Origin: Vicugna vicugna
Lineage: Eukaryota
DNA length: 64,000 bases
Direction of reading: 5' to 3'
NCBI GenBank assembly: GCA_013265495.1
Contig: MU058687.1
Location: forward strand, 186,001 to 250,000
A program made the position numbers and the translations under genes. This document shows positions 36,142-47,580 of the stretch, one piece after another. A model generated the notes under the pieces. That model saw only the letters and a program-made list of their open reading frames with translations, did not search any database and had not been told where the DNA came from. The first letter of the stretch is position 1; each line of letters opens with the position of its first letter.

Positions 36142-37387
36142 CTCCCTCCCTCCCTCCCCAGAAAGTACTCGGGCAGGATTCAAGAGATTCAAATTCCAGG
36201 ACTAGCTCTGCTACTACTTGGCTGTGTGACCCTAGGCAAGCCCCTTGCCTTTTCTGGATCTATTTCCTCATCTATGAAATGGACATGTTGAGCTGTGTAG
36301 TTGCTCAAGCTCCTTCCTGCCACCCTCAGGACAAGCTGCCCAGGCCTCTAGCCTCCAGCCTCTAATACAAGCATTTCCCTAACCAGAGAACAAGATCCCA
36401 GAGAGCAGAGACTGTGCTGCGCATGCTAACCTTGGAGCTCTCCTTTCTGTTACAGACAGCAGGCATGCAGGCTGACTCCCCAGCTAAGAATAATGAAAAA
36501 ATCCAGATTCAGTACAAAAACCACAGTTTTGCAGGTATCAGAGAGCAAATTAGTTCGCAAAGAATTAAAGAGCCAAGATCCAGGAAAAAGAGGAACACCA
36601 AAATACGTAAGTTGTATTTTCCCTAGAGATAGATGCTATTACGGAAGAGGCAACTGAGAGGCTGAGAAAATGAGTAGAGTTTTTAATAAATTCAAGGATC
36701 CAGCAGAATAAAAACTGGAGTTTAAAGCTTGCCAAGGAAGGAGAGCCTGGTAAACCCCCAGGCTTTGGATTGGGACTCCAAAGGGCTATATCCTTGAAAT
36801 AAAGGTGCATCAGAAACATTTGAGACTCGTCCTCAAATGGAATAATGCCCAGCTTCAAGCCATCTGATTTAAAGTAATCCAGGACTGCTTGTGCTCTTTG
36901 CTACCATAAATCCTCTCCAGTAGAGAAGAACGTCACCCAGAATCTTTAATTACCTCAACAATGTTTTATGTATAATGTCTGACATTCAATAAAAAATAAC
37001 CAGATATACAAGAGAGCAAGATGTGACTGAAAAACAAGAAATGGCAGATAATAGAAACAGATCCATAGGGATCCCATTAATGCAGTTATCAGACATAAAC
37101 TTTAAGAAACCTATGCTTAAGTTATGCAATAAAATAAAAGGCAAAGTTGTGAATCTCATCAAAGAACTAGAAACTCTAAAAATGAACCATATGAAAATTC
37201 AATAACTGAAAAATAAAATAACTAAAAATGAGAGCTCAGTGAATGGGCTTAACAACATATTAGACACAGCTATAGAGAGAACTGGTGAACTGAAAGATAA
37301 ATCAGACTGAAAAAAATGGAAAACATAGAAAAATACATGACAGACAAAATAGGGGATGTGGTGAAAAGCTCTAACAAAATGTGTAAC

Positions 37388-37490
37388 CAGGCAGGGAAGG
37401 TGTAGCTCAGTGATAGAGTGCATGCTTAGTATGCACAAGGTCCTGGGTTCATTCCCCAGTACCTCCATTTAAAAACAAACAAAAATAATA
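37388..37490 (+). mobile_element. tRNA-derived SINE (vic-1-like) nested in L1
   Basis: A/B boxes, A-rich tail, 12-bp target-site duplication aaaatgtgtaac (37376-37387 and 37491-37502). Confidence 0.88.
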
Positions 37491-37657
37491 AAAATGTGTA
37501 ACTGGAGTCCCAGAAGGAGAGGAGACAGAAATGGGGCAGAAGAAATATTCAAGAAGCACTCTAAACAGGATAAATACAAAGAGAATGATATTTAGGTATT
37601 ACAGCAAAACTACTGAAAACCATGACCAAAAAAAAAAAAAAAAAAAAAAAAAAAACC

Positions 37658-37689
<32 letters not shown>

Positions 37690-37765
37690 NNNNNNNNNNN
37701 NNNNNNNNNNNNNNNNNNNNNNNNNNNNNNNNNNNNNNNNNNNNNNNNNNNNNNNNNNNNNNNNN
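37690..37765. other. Assembly gap (76 N) flanked by poly-A runs
   Basis: Direct sequence. Confidence 1.
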
Positions 37766-39533
37766 AACAGAAAAAAAAAAAAAAGAAAGATATTAAGGTA
37801 ATACAGAAAACCTCCTGAAAACCATACCCAAAAAAAAAAAAAAAAAAAACCAACCCCCAAACCCTTACATTCAAAGGAACAAGAAGATGGCTTATAGCGA
37901 CTTCCCAACACTGTAACTACTATAGAAGCCTAAAGACAATGGAATGATATCTTTAAAGTGCCAAGGAGAAAAAAAACAAAAACAAAAACAAAAAACCTAC
38001 TGACACAGAATTCTCTACCCATCAAAGCTATCATTCAAAAATGAAGATGAAATAAAAACAATTTCAGACCATCAAAGACTAATAAAATTTATCCCTAACA
38101 GAGTCACACTAAAGGAAATGCTAAGGGATGTTCTTCAAGCAGTATATAAATGATCTGAGATGGAAGCTTGGAGATATGAGGAGAAACAAAAAGCAACAAA
38201 ACACTCAGTATTTGGATAAATCTAAAATGAACAACTGAACATAACAATAATGTTATAATGTCCTGTCAATGTTAAAATATATATAGAATGAAAACTCATG
38301 TCAATAGTTCTGTAAGTTAGGGATTGGTGGAAAATGGGGTTCAAGGGTTATAAGAACTTTGCATTGTCCAGGAAGAGGTAAAGTACTCTTGGATTAGATT
38401 AAGAGTAGATTTCAATAAGCCAAGAATGCATTATAATTTCTAGGAACACTTCTCAACCAGAGAATTAAGCTCTAAGGTCATAAGGCATTCACTATGTAAT
38501 GAGTTAACTTCTCTTCTATGCATTTAGAATGGTGCTATCAACTATCCTCCAGATAACTGAGGCAACAGTCACTCAAATCCCTTTCTGCAGGGCTTAGTTC
38601 TCTCACAAAAACAAGAAAGGCTGGTAGGGTAATCACTAACAGAGTAATACTAAGTATATAACTAATAAATTAACAAAGAAGGGAAATGGAGTAACAAACG
38701 CAATCAACCCAGAGGAAAACAAAAAAGGGGAAAAATGAAGAAAGAAAAGGCAGGATGGGATAAACAGAAAGCAAACAGAAGATAGCAGATTTAAGCCAAA
38801 GTATATCAGTAATTATATTAAATGTGAACTGTATCAATCCTCAAGTGAGAAAACAAAGGTTGTTAGAACAGATAACAAGAAACCCCAATTATATGCCACT
38901 TGAAAGATACACCTTAGATAGAAGGATACAGAAAGGCTGAAAGTAAAAAGATGGAAAAGATAAACATCCCATCCTCCTCCCACCCACACTAACCAGAAGA
39001 ATGCTAAATATATGACAAAGCAGACTTTAAAAGGCAAAAAAATTACTAGATAAAAAGAAACATTTCATGATAAAGTGTCTAATCCAGTTCTAAATGAGTA
39101 TGCAACTAATAAAATTGCATCAAAAATATAAAACAAATAGTGACAGAACTAAGAAGAAATAGAAAAAAGCTCAATCTAAGAGAGATTTCAACATACATGT
39201 TTGTACTGATAGAATAAGCAAACATTTCTACATCCCAGTGCCTAGCACAGGGCCTGACCCATATTAGAGGCCCAATCAAAATTTGCTGACCTAAAATAAG
39301 AGATTCATACATCCTAGATTTTCCTAAACAGTACCAACTTTCAAGTATAAAGCTGTCTCTCTGTTCCCCATAAGTACATTTGCTCAAAAGGTTCATTTGG
39401 AAATACAAATAATATCCCTATGGGTCACCTAAATCCCCTCCCACACGGCCACATTCTCCTTTTTCCCCGTACAGTATTAGGTCCCCAGGGGCACCCAGGT
39501 ACTGGAGGTGTTTGCATGGAGCGTCTCTCATAC

Positions 39534-39833
39534 CTGAGCTGGGGCATCAGTACCGGGGATACGGATGGACCGCCTGCGGGTGACGATGACTGACGGCTTG
39601 TGTTCAGTGGGGTTCTGTTCAGGACCCTTTCCATCCTCATCAACACCTCCAGCTTGGGCCGCCTCGGTTGGGTCCACAGCCCGCACAGGCACAGACACTG
39701 GGATGATGAGGGGCACCATCCCGCTGTCCTCCCGTGCTCGCTTGGCAGCTAAGGAGGGCTCAGAAAACTCCACCCCACACTTGGTAGTTGAAGCCAGTAC
39801 ACTTTTCCGCTTCTCTTCAGAGCCATTGGCATC
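39534..39833 (-). CDS. MIDEAS: MIDEAS coding exon 2 of 12
   Basis: tctag|GAT GCC ... GCT CAG|gtatg; 300 nt; DANGSEEKRKSVLASTTKCGVEFSEP...GTDAPAQ. Confidence 0.95.
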
Positions 39834-40965
39834 CTAGAGAAGGAGGGAGGGGGAAATGAGGAGAGTTAGAAGGTAAGTCCTGATTTGTTGGTCTGGGACC
39901 CTTAGTCACATTTGATTCAGGGATTCAAACACTCATGATGGTTCCCAATGGTCTTTGGTAACCTTGCCTTTCCCTGGCTACCTTTTCCCCTACCATATTC
40001 CTAAATACTCTCCAAAACCTCCCTTCTGCCAGGTTCTCCCATCCTGGCCTGGAGCAGGAGTCCCCAGATGGCCATCTCAGGCCACAAGTGGCTTTAGAGA
40101 TGTTTTTTATTTTGCCTACACAGGGAGAGGCATGTGAAATAGTATCTCAATAGTCAAAACATATCTCTGCAAAAGAAAGTAAGCAAGGAACCCGTGGCAA
40201 GGTAAGGGTGGTCTCTGTATCTATTTCCCCACTGGCAACTGGCTGGCATGAAGTCAAATTCTGCAGCTTCCTATGTATCAGCCTGGCCCAGTGGGCTTTG
40301 AGGGTTGAGACCTCTAGTGAAGGAAGGGGCAAACACTGCCTTTGGAGTCAGATACTAGGCTTCTATCTTACCCCTGTGACCTTGGGAAATCCCAACTTGG
40401 TCTCAGCTTCTTTAGCAATAAAATAGGACAAATGACAGCATCCTTCTCATAGGGTTTGATGATAAATTACTTGTGACCAAGTATAAGAAACTCCACGTAC
40501 AACACAGGGGCTCAAATTCTGTTCATTCTTCTTCCCCATTTAGATTGTATAATTTATATACAACAAAATGCACCTATTTTTAATTATCGTTCGATGCATT
40601 TTGACAAGTATAACCACCTGTGTAACCACTACCACATTCTTATCTGTGAAATCCACTGGATCTGTAAACGGTTCCGCTTCCCCCTTCTCCCAATCCTCCA
40701 AATCCCAAATGAAGAAGCCAACCCACAGGAGGGTACTGCATTTTCCTGCCCACAACCCTGCATGTGTTTAAACCCCATCTTCCCTTCAGGTGTGAATACG
40801 CCTACACAGAGATTCAGAACTCCCTGAAATGGATGGGTTCTTGCATTTGCTTTAGTGAAGTAAGAAGACCGCCCTCGTGGACCTGGAGTCACTTGTTGTC
40901 CCCAAGCCCTAGACACGGCTCCCCCTGCCCTGTGCCAGGTCTGCCCCAGCCCACGCCACTCTCAC

Positions 40966-41627
40966 CTTTGTGTTCTGCAGTGAGGCCAGCTCCACGGCCT
41001 TCTGAGCCAGGGTCAGCAGGTTGGCCTCCTGGGACGCCCGGCGCCTCCGTCTCGTGCTCTGGATCACCCCACCCCGTAGCACCTGCCCACAGTCCCCCGT
41101 GCCCACTGCCTGCATGCCCTCCTCGTTGCCCATGGCAGGAGCCTCCCGCTCACGACCGTTGGGTGCCAGTCTCTCCCCGTCAGACAGCAACTGCGACTCC
41201 CTTAGCTCCAGCGGGAATCCCAGAGCTTCAGGATGAGGCTGCCCCAGGGGGCCAGGTGGTGGCTGCTGCGAGGGCCAGTGATGCAGGAACAGGTTGCTGG
41301 CAGGATCCTGCCCAGGCTGGGTGCCAGCCCCAGCCAGGGCGGTGGAAGGCAGGACACCCTCCTTAGAGAGGCGGCGGGAGCGGCGGGGGAAGGGGATCTG
41401 GGCCTGAGGTAGCACAGGCTGCGGGGCCGACTCCTGCAGGAGGGCCTTTCGCAGTTCTGGGTTCAGGTCAGGGTTGGGCGGGAAGGGGTAGGGTGCCATG
41501 CTGTGGTGAGCCAAGTGGGGCTGCCCCAGTGGCCCGGCCGGCTGCAGGCCAAAGTCCTGGGGCTGCTGAGAGGGTGGCTGCTGCATGGGGTAGAAGTTCT
41601 CAAAGAGCTGCATCTGGGGCAGGGTTG

Positions 41628-41661
<34 letters not shown>

Positions 41662-42417
41662 CTGCGGCGGGAAGGCAGCAACAGGGTTGGGGGGTGGCGG
41701 GCCCTGCCGGAAGACCTGCCGGTTCACCTGGTGGCCAAAGGCCAGCTGGAAGGGCTGCAGGGGCAGCGTCTGGTTGGGGGCCTTCTTGGCCACGTGGAAA
41801 GAGTTCAGGGGTGCCTGGGGCCGCCCTACCTCCAGCTGCACCTTCTGTGGCATCACTGGCCGCACTGCGTTTCCATAGCGGTCCAGCTGTGGCCCCCCTC
41901 CTTTCTCCCTCTTCAGTGCCTCAGGGTGGTTATAGTAGGTGGAGACCCCCATGCCAGGATGAGGGCTCCCCTTGGGTCCACTGTAGAGGGGCAAGCTGTG
42001 GCGGTTCCACGTTGAGTGGGGTGGAGGCTGGCCAGGCTGCTGCTGCCAGCCGCTGTCACTGACCCCCCCACCCCCTCCACGCTCCGGGCCCCGCCCTGGA
42101 GCCATAACAGAGTTGGGCCACTTGACTGAGCCCACCTGCTGGGACAACATGGTTCGCTCAGACCCATACACCACAGAGTTCAGCAGGGCCAGGCTGTTGG
42201 GAGGGGGGTGTTCCACTGGCTGGGAGGCAGGGGTAGCCCCTGCCGGACCCTCGTGCCCAAAGTAAGGCTCCTCCTTCACTCTGGTGGACTGTGGAGGGGC
42301 CTGGGGCTGCTGTGGGGCTTGCAGGGGTTGGGGCTGCTCCTTGGGAGCTGGTTCCTGGTCCCCAAAGAGGCAACGCTTCCGCTTGTTCTGAGCCTTGGGC
42401 TGGGCCTGGAGGTTCAT
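40966..42417 (-). CDS. MIDEAS: Mitotic deacetylase-associated SANT domain protein (ELMSAN1), first coding exon; Pro/Gln-rich N-terminus
   Basis: MNLQAQPKAQNKRKRCLF...ELASLQNTK|gtgag; 1452 coding nt; upstream acceptor tgtctgcag| puts the exon start at 42653. Confidence 0.97.
41629..41658 (-). repeat. MIDEAS: Coding (CAG)10 polyglutamine repeat
   Basis: Ten uninterrupted ctg on +. Confidence 0.97.
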
Positions 42418-43914
42418 GGTGTGGCCAACGGGGCCCCAACAGTGAGACCTACTTCACCAGTTGCCCATCCCCTGGGGGACAGTCGTGCTGGAAGTCTGGC
42501 CCTAGTCCAGTAGCCAGTGGGGGCAGCGGAAATGCTGGATGGTGTGGTCAGACACAGGGAGAAAGAACAGCTGGCTCTTCCTTGCTCATCAAAGAGAGGC
42601 TCTTGGGCTCCTCTACTCTTCCCAGTTCATGATGCTCCACGGGGCCCTGCAGCCTGCAGACAGAAGAACAGCAGCGGTGTCAGCTACAGTCTCCCAGGAT
42701 GCCCCAGATGTCAGCTCAAGTGCAAGGGGGGCCTCAAAGGCCCTGTGTTTCCACTGCCTCCCAGGAACAAGCCTAAGGTCACAGGGCAGCATTGGTGAGG
42801 CAGCAGCCAGGACCTTGGGGAAGCCACCAGAAGTAACCAGAGCCAGCACCTCCCAGGGTGCCCTGGGTCTCTCCTCTTGTCCCACCACCTTGCCCTCCTA
42901 GTTAGACTCCAGATCTATTGCATTTAGTTGTGTAACCTGCACACTGCACAAGGAAGCTGCCAAGGGGGCCAGTGGGGCTGAGATCCAGCCTAAGCCCCTG
43001 GGTGACAAAGGCCATATTGGATTCCCTTCTCCTCCTCAGCCCACTGGGCAGCTCGGCAGATCCTCTCACATCCGTTGAAGCTGTAGCCTCCCACCAGACC
43101 AAGTAGTTTTATTCAGCCAATGCCTCCTCTGATACTCCACGCACATCTCAAACAGGCAGTAGAGAAAATAGGAATCACTCCCAACTGTGCAGCCCAAGGG
43201 TTGGGAGCTCCACCAGGCCCTTGCAGAGTCCTGGGCCCAAGGCTAGGCTTGGGTCTTTTGCACTGAGGCATGTAGGTGAGGCCCCTACATGAAAGATATG
43301 TGCAGTCCTAGCCCCACCCCTGGGAGGAGCTGCTGGGTGGAACCGTAGCTGCCAGAGTCTTCCCCAAACTAGCACAGAACCTGTTCTGCAACCCCCAGCT
43401 GCCTGGAGACAGGATCCAGCCTGGTAGCTGGTCAGCAGTCCCCACTCACCCTTTCCCACTGCCAAAGAGCTCCTGGCATCTGTAGCGAAGGAACTGTATA
43501 GTTATGATATTGAGGGGGTTCAGATTGCTAGAACTTAGGTCCAGAAGGTTATTCCGTGACATGCCGTGACTAAAGTGCTCATAATGTTCCCGTGTTTGTT
43601 TTCTGACTTAACAAAAACAGTTTGCTCTATTTATCCTGCTACAGAACAGACAGGATTGAGACCAGTATTTTATAATTTACATGTGTTTTTATTACTTACA
43701 TGCAAGTTATAACTTACACGTATAACTTGCATGTGTTTTCAAAGGCCTTTTTCTTTCTTCAGAGGTTTTTTGTTTGTTTGGGTTTTTTTGTTTTGTTTTT
43801 CCCCTTCTAGGAAGCTGGCAAATGTGGGAGCTACATGGCCCATCTCTTCCCCATGCTAAAATTCTGGTCCTGAGCCAGTCTGTCTAGAAGGGGAAGGGAG
43901 GGGAAGAGGACTCA

Positions 43915-44330
43915 GGAAGCCCCTGCAAATAAATTTGCAGGACCAGGCTGACTTCAGACGTCAGAACCTAGACGCTCCGGTCTTCGTTAGCAGCCTGGGG
44001 ATTTTCCAGAAAACCAGGCGAGAGCAGAGGAGGGCTGGGGCTGGGCATACTGGGCAGGCTCTAGTATGAAGCCCTGGCTATACCCGGCGATGCCCCTGGC
44101 CCCAGAGAGGCCGCCGCCGCGCTATCGCTCCTCCGCAGGCTTCCGCAGCTCCCCAGCCCTTCCCCTCCCGGAGCGGCCGTGACTCACTCCGGCCCCCTGC
44201 CGCCTTTCACTTTCACCCAGCACCCAGAAGGGGAGGAACTTCCTCCTCCATTTCCTTCCTCAGCTCCCGGCCCTGCTGTGAGTGAGAGCGACTCTCCCGG
44301 CTCGCACCCACTTTGTCTCGCCTATGGAAG
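43915..44330. promoter_or_regulatory. Intronic CpG-rich element (candidate enhancer or alternative promoter)
   Basis: Local CpG cluster; AP-1 TGACTCA 44180-44186; GAAAGTGAAA(-) 44205-44214; CRE-like agacgtca ~43957. Confidence 0.55.
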
Positions 44331-45337
44331 CTAGGGGTGGGGGAGACTAGGAGGGCTTCCGAGTCACCCAGGCACCCGCCCAAGGGGAGGACTTGGACAA
44401 GCAGAGAGTGCCGAGGCCACAGAAACCACCTTCTGAACAAACCCCTTTCTCTTGCTTTTGAACTCTCATTCTCTGACAGCCAACCCAAAGCCAGCACCTA
44501 GACTGAAAACAACCCTGGGCGCCATCGTGAAGCTGCCGGGTGGGGCTGTCCTGGCTACCGGAGTCCGGCTCTGCCTCTCCAATCAGCATGAACCAACTAC
44601 AAGTACGTGTGTGTCTGCAGAGGAAGGAAGAACGTGCTGGCTCGAGGGGAGGGGAGGGGGCCGAGGGAGAGTTGGCAGGTCCACGTGCCTCGGAAGCTGG
44701 GAGCCTCCCCTCCCCCCAACAGTACACAGACATCCCCCATCACAGCGCTGTCGCCTTGTGAGCCACTGCACAGGGCTTGGGGCTTTGAGGAAGGGAAGGC
44801 CCACGTAGCAGATGGGCCTGGCGCATGTGTGAGTGTGTGCCCAATGGAGGGTACCAAGGCACAGGGATGGCCAGCTCAGCCCTAGTGGAGAGCGGTTCCC
44901 CACATTGGGTTGGAGAGATGGAGGTGGAGTCTGTGAAAGAGGATCCAAGGCGGGGCTACTCCTGCCCCAGTCCCAGACTGGCTCACCTGCCACTGTTTGG
45001 TCAGGCCAAGAAAGGCTGGACTCTGCTGGTCTACCTCCCACCCACCACCCTGCACATCAAGGAGGGCCTTTCCTCAGGACACCACAGTAGGCTTCCAAAG
45101 CTGCACCAGGGACCTGCTTCGAAGAAATCAAATGGGTCAATTCTGAGGAGGCTGAATTGCTCCAGAAGCTTCTCGAGAGGCCTCCCTTTCACCCCCATCG
45201 GAAGGCTAACAGTGCTAAGAGCACAGAAAGCCAGATCTGGGACCCTCAGAGAAGAAAGGTCAGTTATCTGAGGGGATGGAGAAAACAGGGGACCCTGGAG
45301 GGAGGGGGGAAGGGACACACCAAGGCAGCAGGACACA

Positions 45338-45460
45338 GAGGAGGAGGAGGAGGAGGAGGAGGAGGAGGAGGAGGAGTAGCAGTAGCAGCAGCAGCAGCAG
45401 CAGCAGCAGCCAGTAATAATAACAATAATAACAATAATAATGATGATGATGATGATGATG
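45338..45460. repeat. Compound trinucleotide microsatellite (GAG)13-TAG CAG TAG-(CAG)8-(AAT/AAC)9-(GAT)6
   Basis: Direct count. Confidence 0.97.
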
Positions 45461-45680
45461 CACCTGTGCCAGGCAGGTCCTCAGTGCTTTGCACATGTTT
45501 AATTCCTACAACAGCTTTATAAGACAGCATGAAACTGAAGCATAAAGCATTTTTATTTTAACCTCCACTTTATAGGTGAGCTAGACAGGCTCAGAGGGGC
45601 TAAGTAACCTGCCAGTGGTCACATGGTAATTATGTTGCAGAGCCAGGAATTGAACTTAGGTCTGCCTGACTCAAAGACCA
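45461..45680 (-). mobile_element. MIR SINE
   Basis: tgtgccaggc, ggctcagaggggctaagtaacctgcc, agagccaggaattgaacttaggtctgcctgactcaaag. Confidence 0.8.
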
Positions 45681-47199
45681 AGCTCTTATTCCTTACCCCT
45701 AAGACATGCCACTAAGACACCAGGGCCCTCTCTGCACACCTTCCTTCCACAACACGCTCTCAATGGTCTCAGAGCAAGGATTTTCTGCACACGGATATCC
45801 CTCCTTACTGGCACTGGGAAGCCCCTGACCCTTACCTGAACTGTTGACAGGTAAACCTCTCCTGTTCTGCTCCAGTTCATCTGAGACCCTCAGTGCGACA
45901 GGAAGGGAGGGGAGGAAGGAGCTTTCCCACAGAGGCATCAGCCGGTGTGGGAGTTCCACAGGGAAGCCTGAGACTGCACTGGCTGCTTCAGCCTTGCTCT
46001 CCAAGCCTGGACCCTCCGGCCCCTGCAAGCCCACCCCTGTCTCAATTCTGGTGGCTGTTGGTGGGGCTTCCAGCTCTCATACCACCTCACAGCCTGCAAC
46101 TCTGGCCAGGACTGAACCACTTCCTCCCAGTTTTTCTGCCCCAGCCCCCCTCCTCTGTCCCTCACGTGGAAGTCAACCTGGCCTTCCTCACAATGAGGAA
46201 GAGGAAGGAAGCCATCCTTTCTGAAGGCTGCCGACCGATGGGCCAACTCCCTGAGGTTGCGGGGAAGAGGGTGTAATGAGGAACTCCTGCAGGCAGCTCA
46301 CCCTTGGGACCAGCTGCAGGGCCTAACGGATGCAGAAACACTGCAAAAGGAAACCCACAGACATCATGGGGCCCCAGACACTTACACCCACTCTGTCAGT
46401 CTGTTTGACTGTCTATCTGGGCTCTACTCACCCTTCCCTTCCTCCAGGAGCCTCGCTGCTGCACACCACAGACAGTCCTGGGCAGAAGATATGGCAAGAA
46501 TCTGATCTCAATGGCTGGGGACCTATGGGGCTTTCAGAAGCATCTATGGTGAGAAGCACTTTCTCTCTACAGATGAAAGCAATGTGCACTAAGAAAAGAA
46601 AACAGTGCTGAGCCCACACATGTGTTTTGCAGACACATGAGGGAAGGTGCTGAAAAGGCTGTTGGGTGTTCTATGCTGGTGGTGACACCATGCCCTCCAA
46701 GGACGCAACTGAACACACACTGCTCCCCATGTGCCATCAGCAGCCCAGCTACATGCCCAACATTGGCTGGGAGAGTCCTGTGAGCCCTCAGCACAGGGCA
46801 ATGGGCCAAGTCATGACCATTGAGGGGACTAGGGCCACTCACAAGCTTGGGGCATTCAGCACTATCATCCGAGAGACAAAACTATTCTGAGTCAAGGTTA
46901 CATAGGAAAGGGGTGCCCAGCTTGGTCCCAGTGGCCCCAGGGGCTCGACTCTGACCTGGGGTTGAAAGACAACTAAGGGACCCCCCTGATCCCAGGAGGC
47001 TAACACTCCCAAGCTCCTGCTCTTACCTGTGCCACCCCTGGCCCTACAAACTCAGCACTAGGAAGAGGAGGTCACAGCTCAAAGGCCAAACAGACCAAAA
47101 TGTGGCATCCAACAAGGCCCCAAATCTCTAGGCCAGCCAGTTCCCTGAGCACCAAAGAGGCTATCTTAGGACCAAGTCTAAACTTCCTATCTGGCCCAC

Positions 47200-47580
47200 A
47201 AGTCCCTGCAGACTTGGGCTCCTGCTACTTCTCTCAACATTCCATGCTGGAGCCATCATTCAGGGCTGTTCCTGCTTTGTTTCCAGGTCTTTGACCAGGC
47301 AGTTCCTCTGCCTCGTACACTTTCCCGCCCCTTTCACCTGACCAAGTCCTACTCATCCTTCAGGTCTCAGACACTGCTTCCTCCAGGAAGTCTTTCCTCA
47401 CCCCAGGGCTGAGCCAGGAACAACACTCTGAGTTCATAATACTTCTAAACCGCATGACTGTGCTCAGCATACTGAATTCTAGGTACCTATCTCTTAGTCT
47501 CCAGCAGACAGCAAGCTCCAGTGGGGCAGAGTTTGCTGATCCTTGTACCTTGGCACTTGGCTTGTACCTGTGCCTGAGGT
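47200..47580 (+). mobile_element. L2 fragment
   Basis: tcctactcatccttcaggtctcag, cttcctccaggaagtctttcct. Confidence 0.65.

Larger units (their letters stand above)
36400..39230 (+). mobile_element. Large decayed L1 (5' region, ORF1, start of ORF2), antisense to MIDEAS
   Basis: A-rich ORF1-like sequence (aatgggcttaacaacatattagacacagc, aaagacaatggaatgatatctttaaagtg) and endonuclease-start sequence (taattatattaaatgtgaa, ggctgaaagtaaaaagatggaaaagata); frames broken; 5' boundary uncertain. Confidence 0.8.

Noticed and set aside
40764..42632. Long + strand ORFs antisense to the first MIDEAS coding exon
   Set aside because: Shadow frames of GC-rich coding sequence.
45157..45530. ORFs with poly-G/A/N/D or poly-H/L/P tracts
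   Set aside because: Translations of the compound microsatellite, with no exon context.
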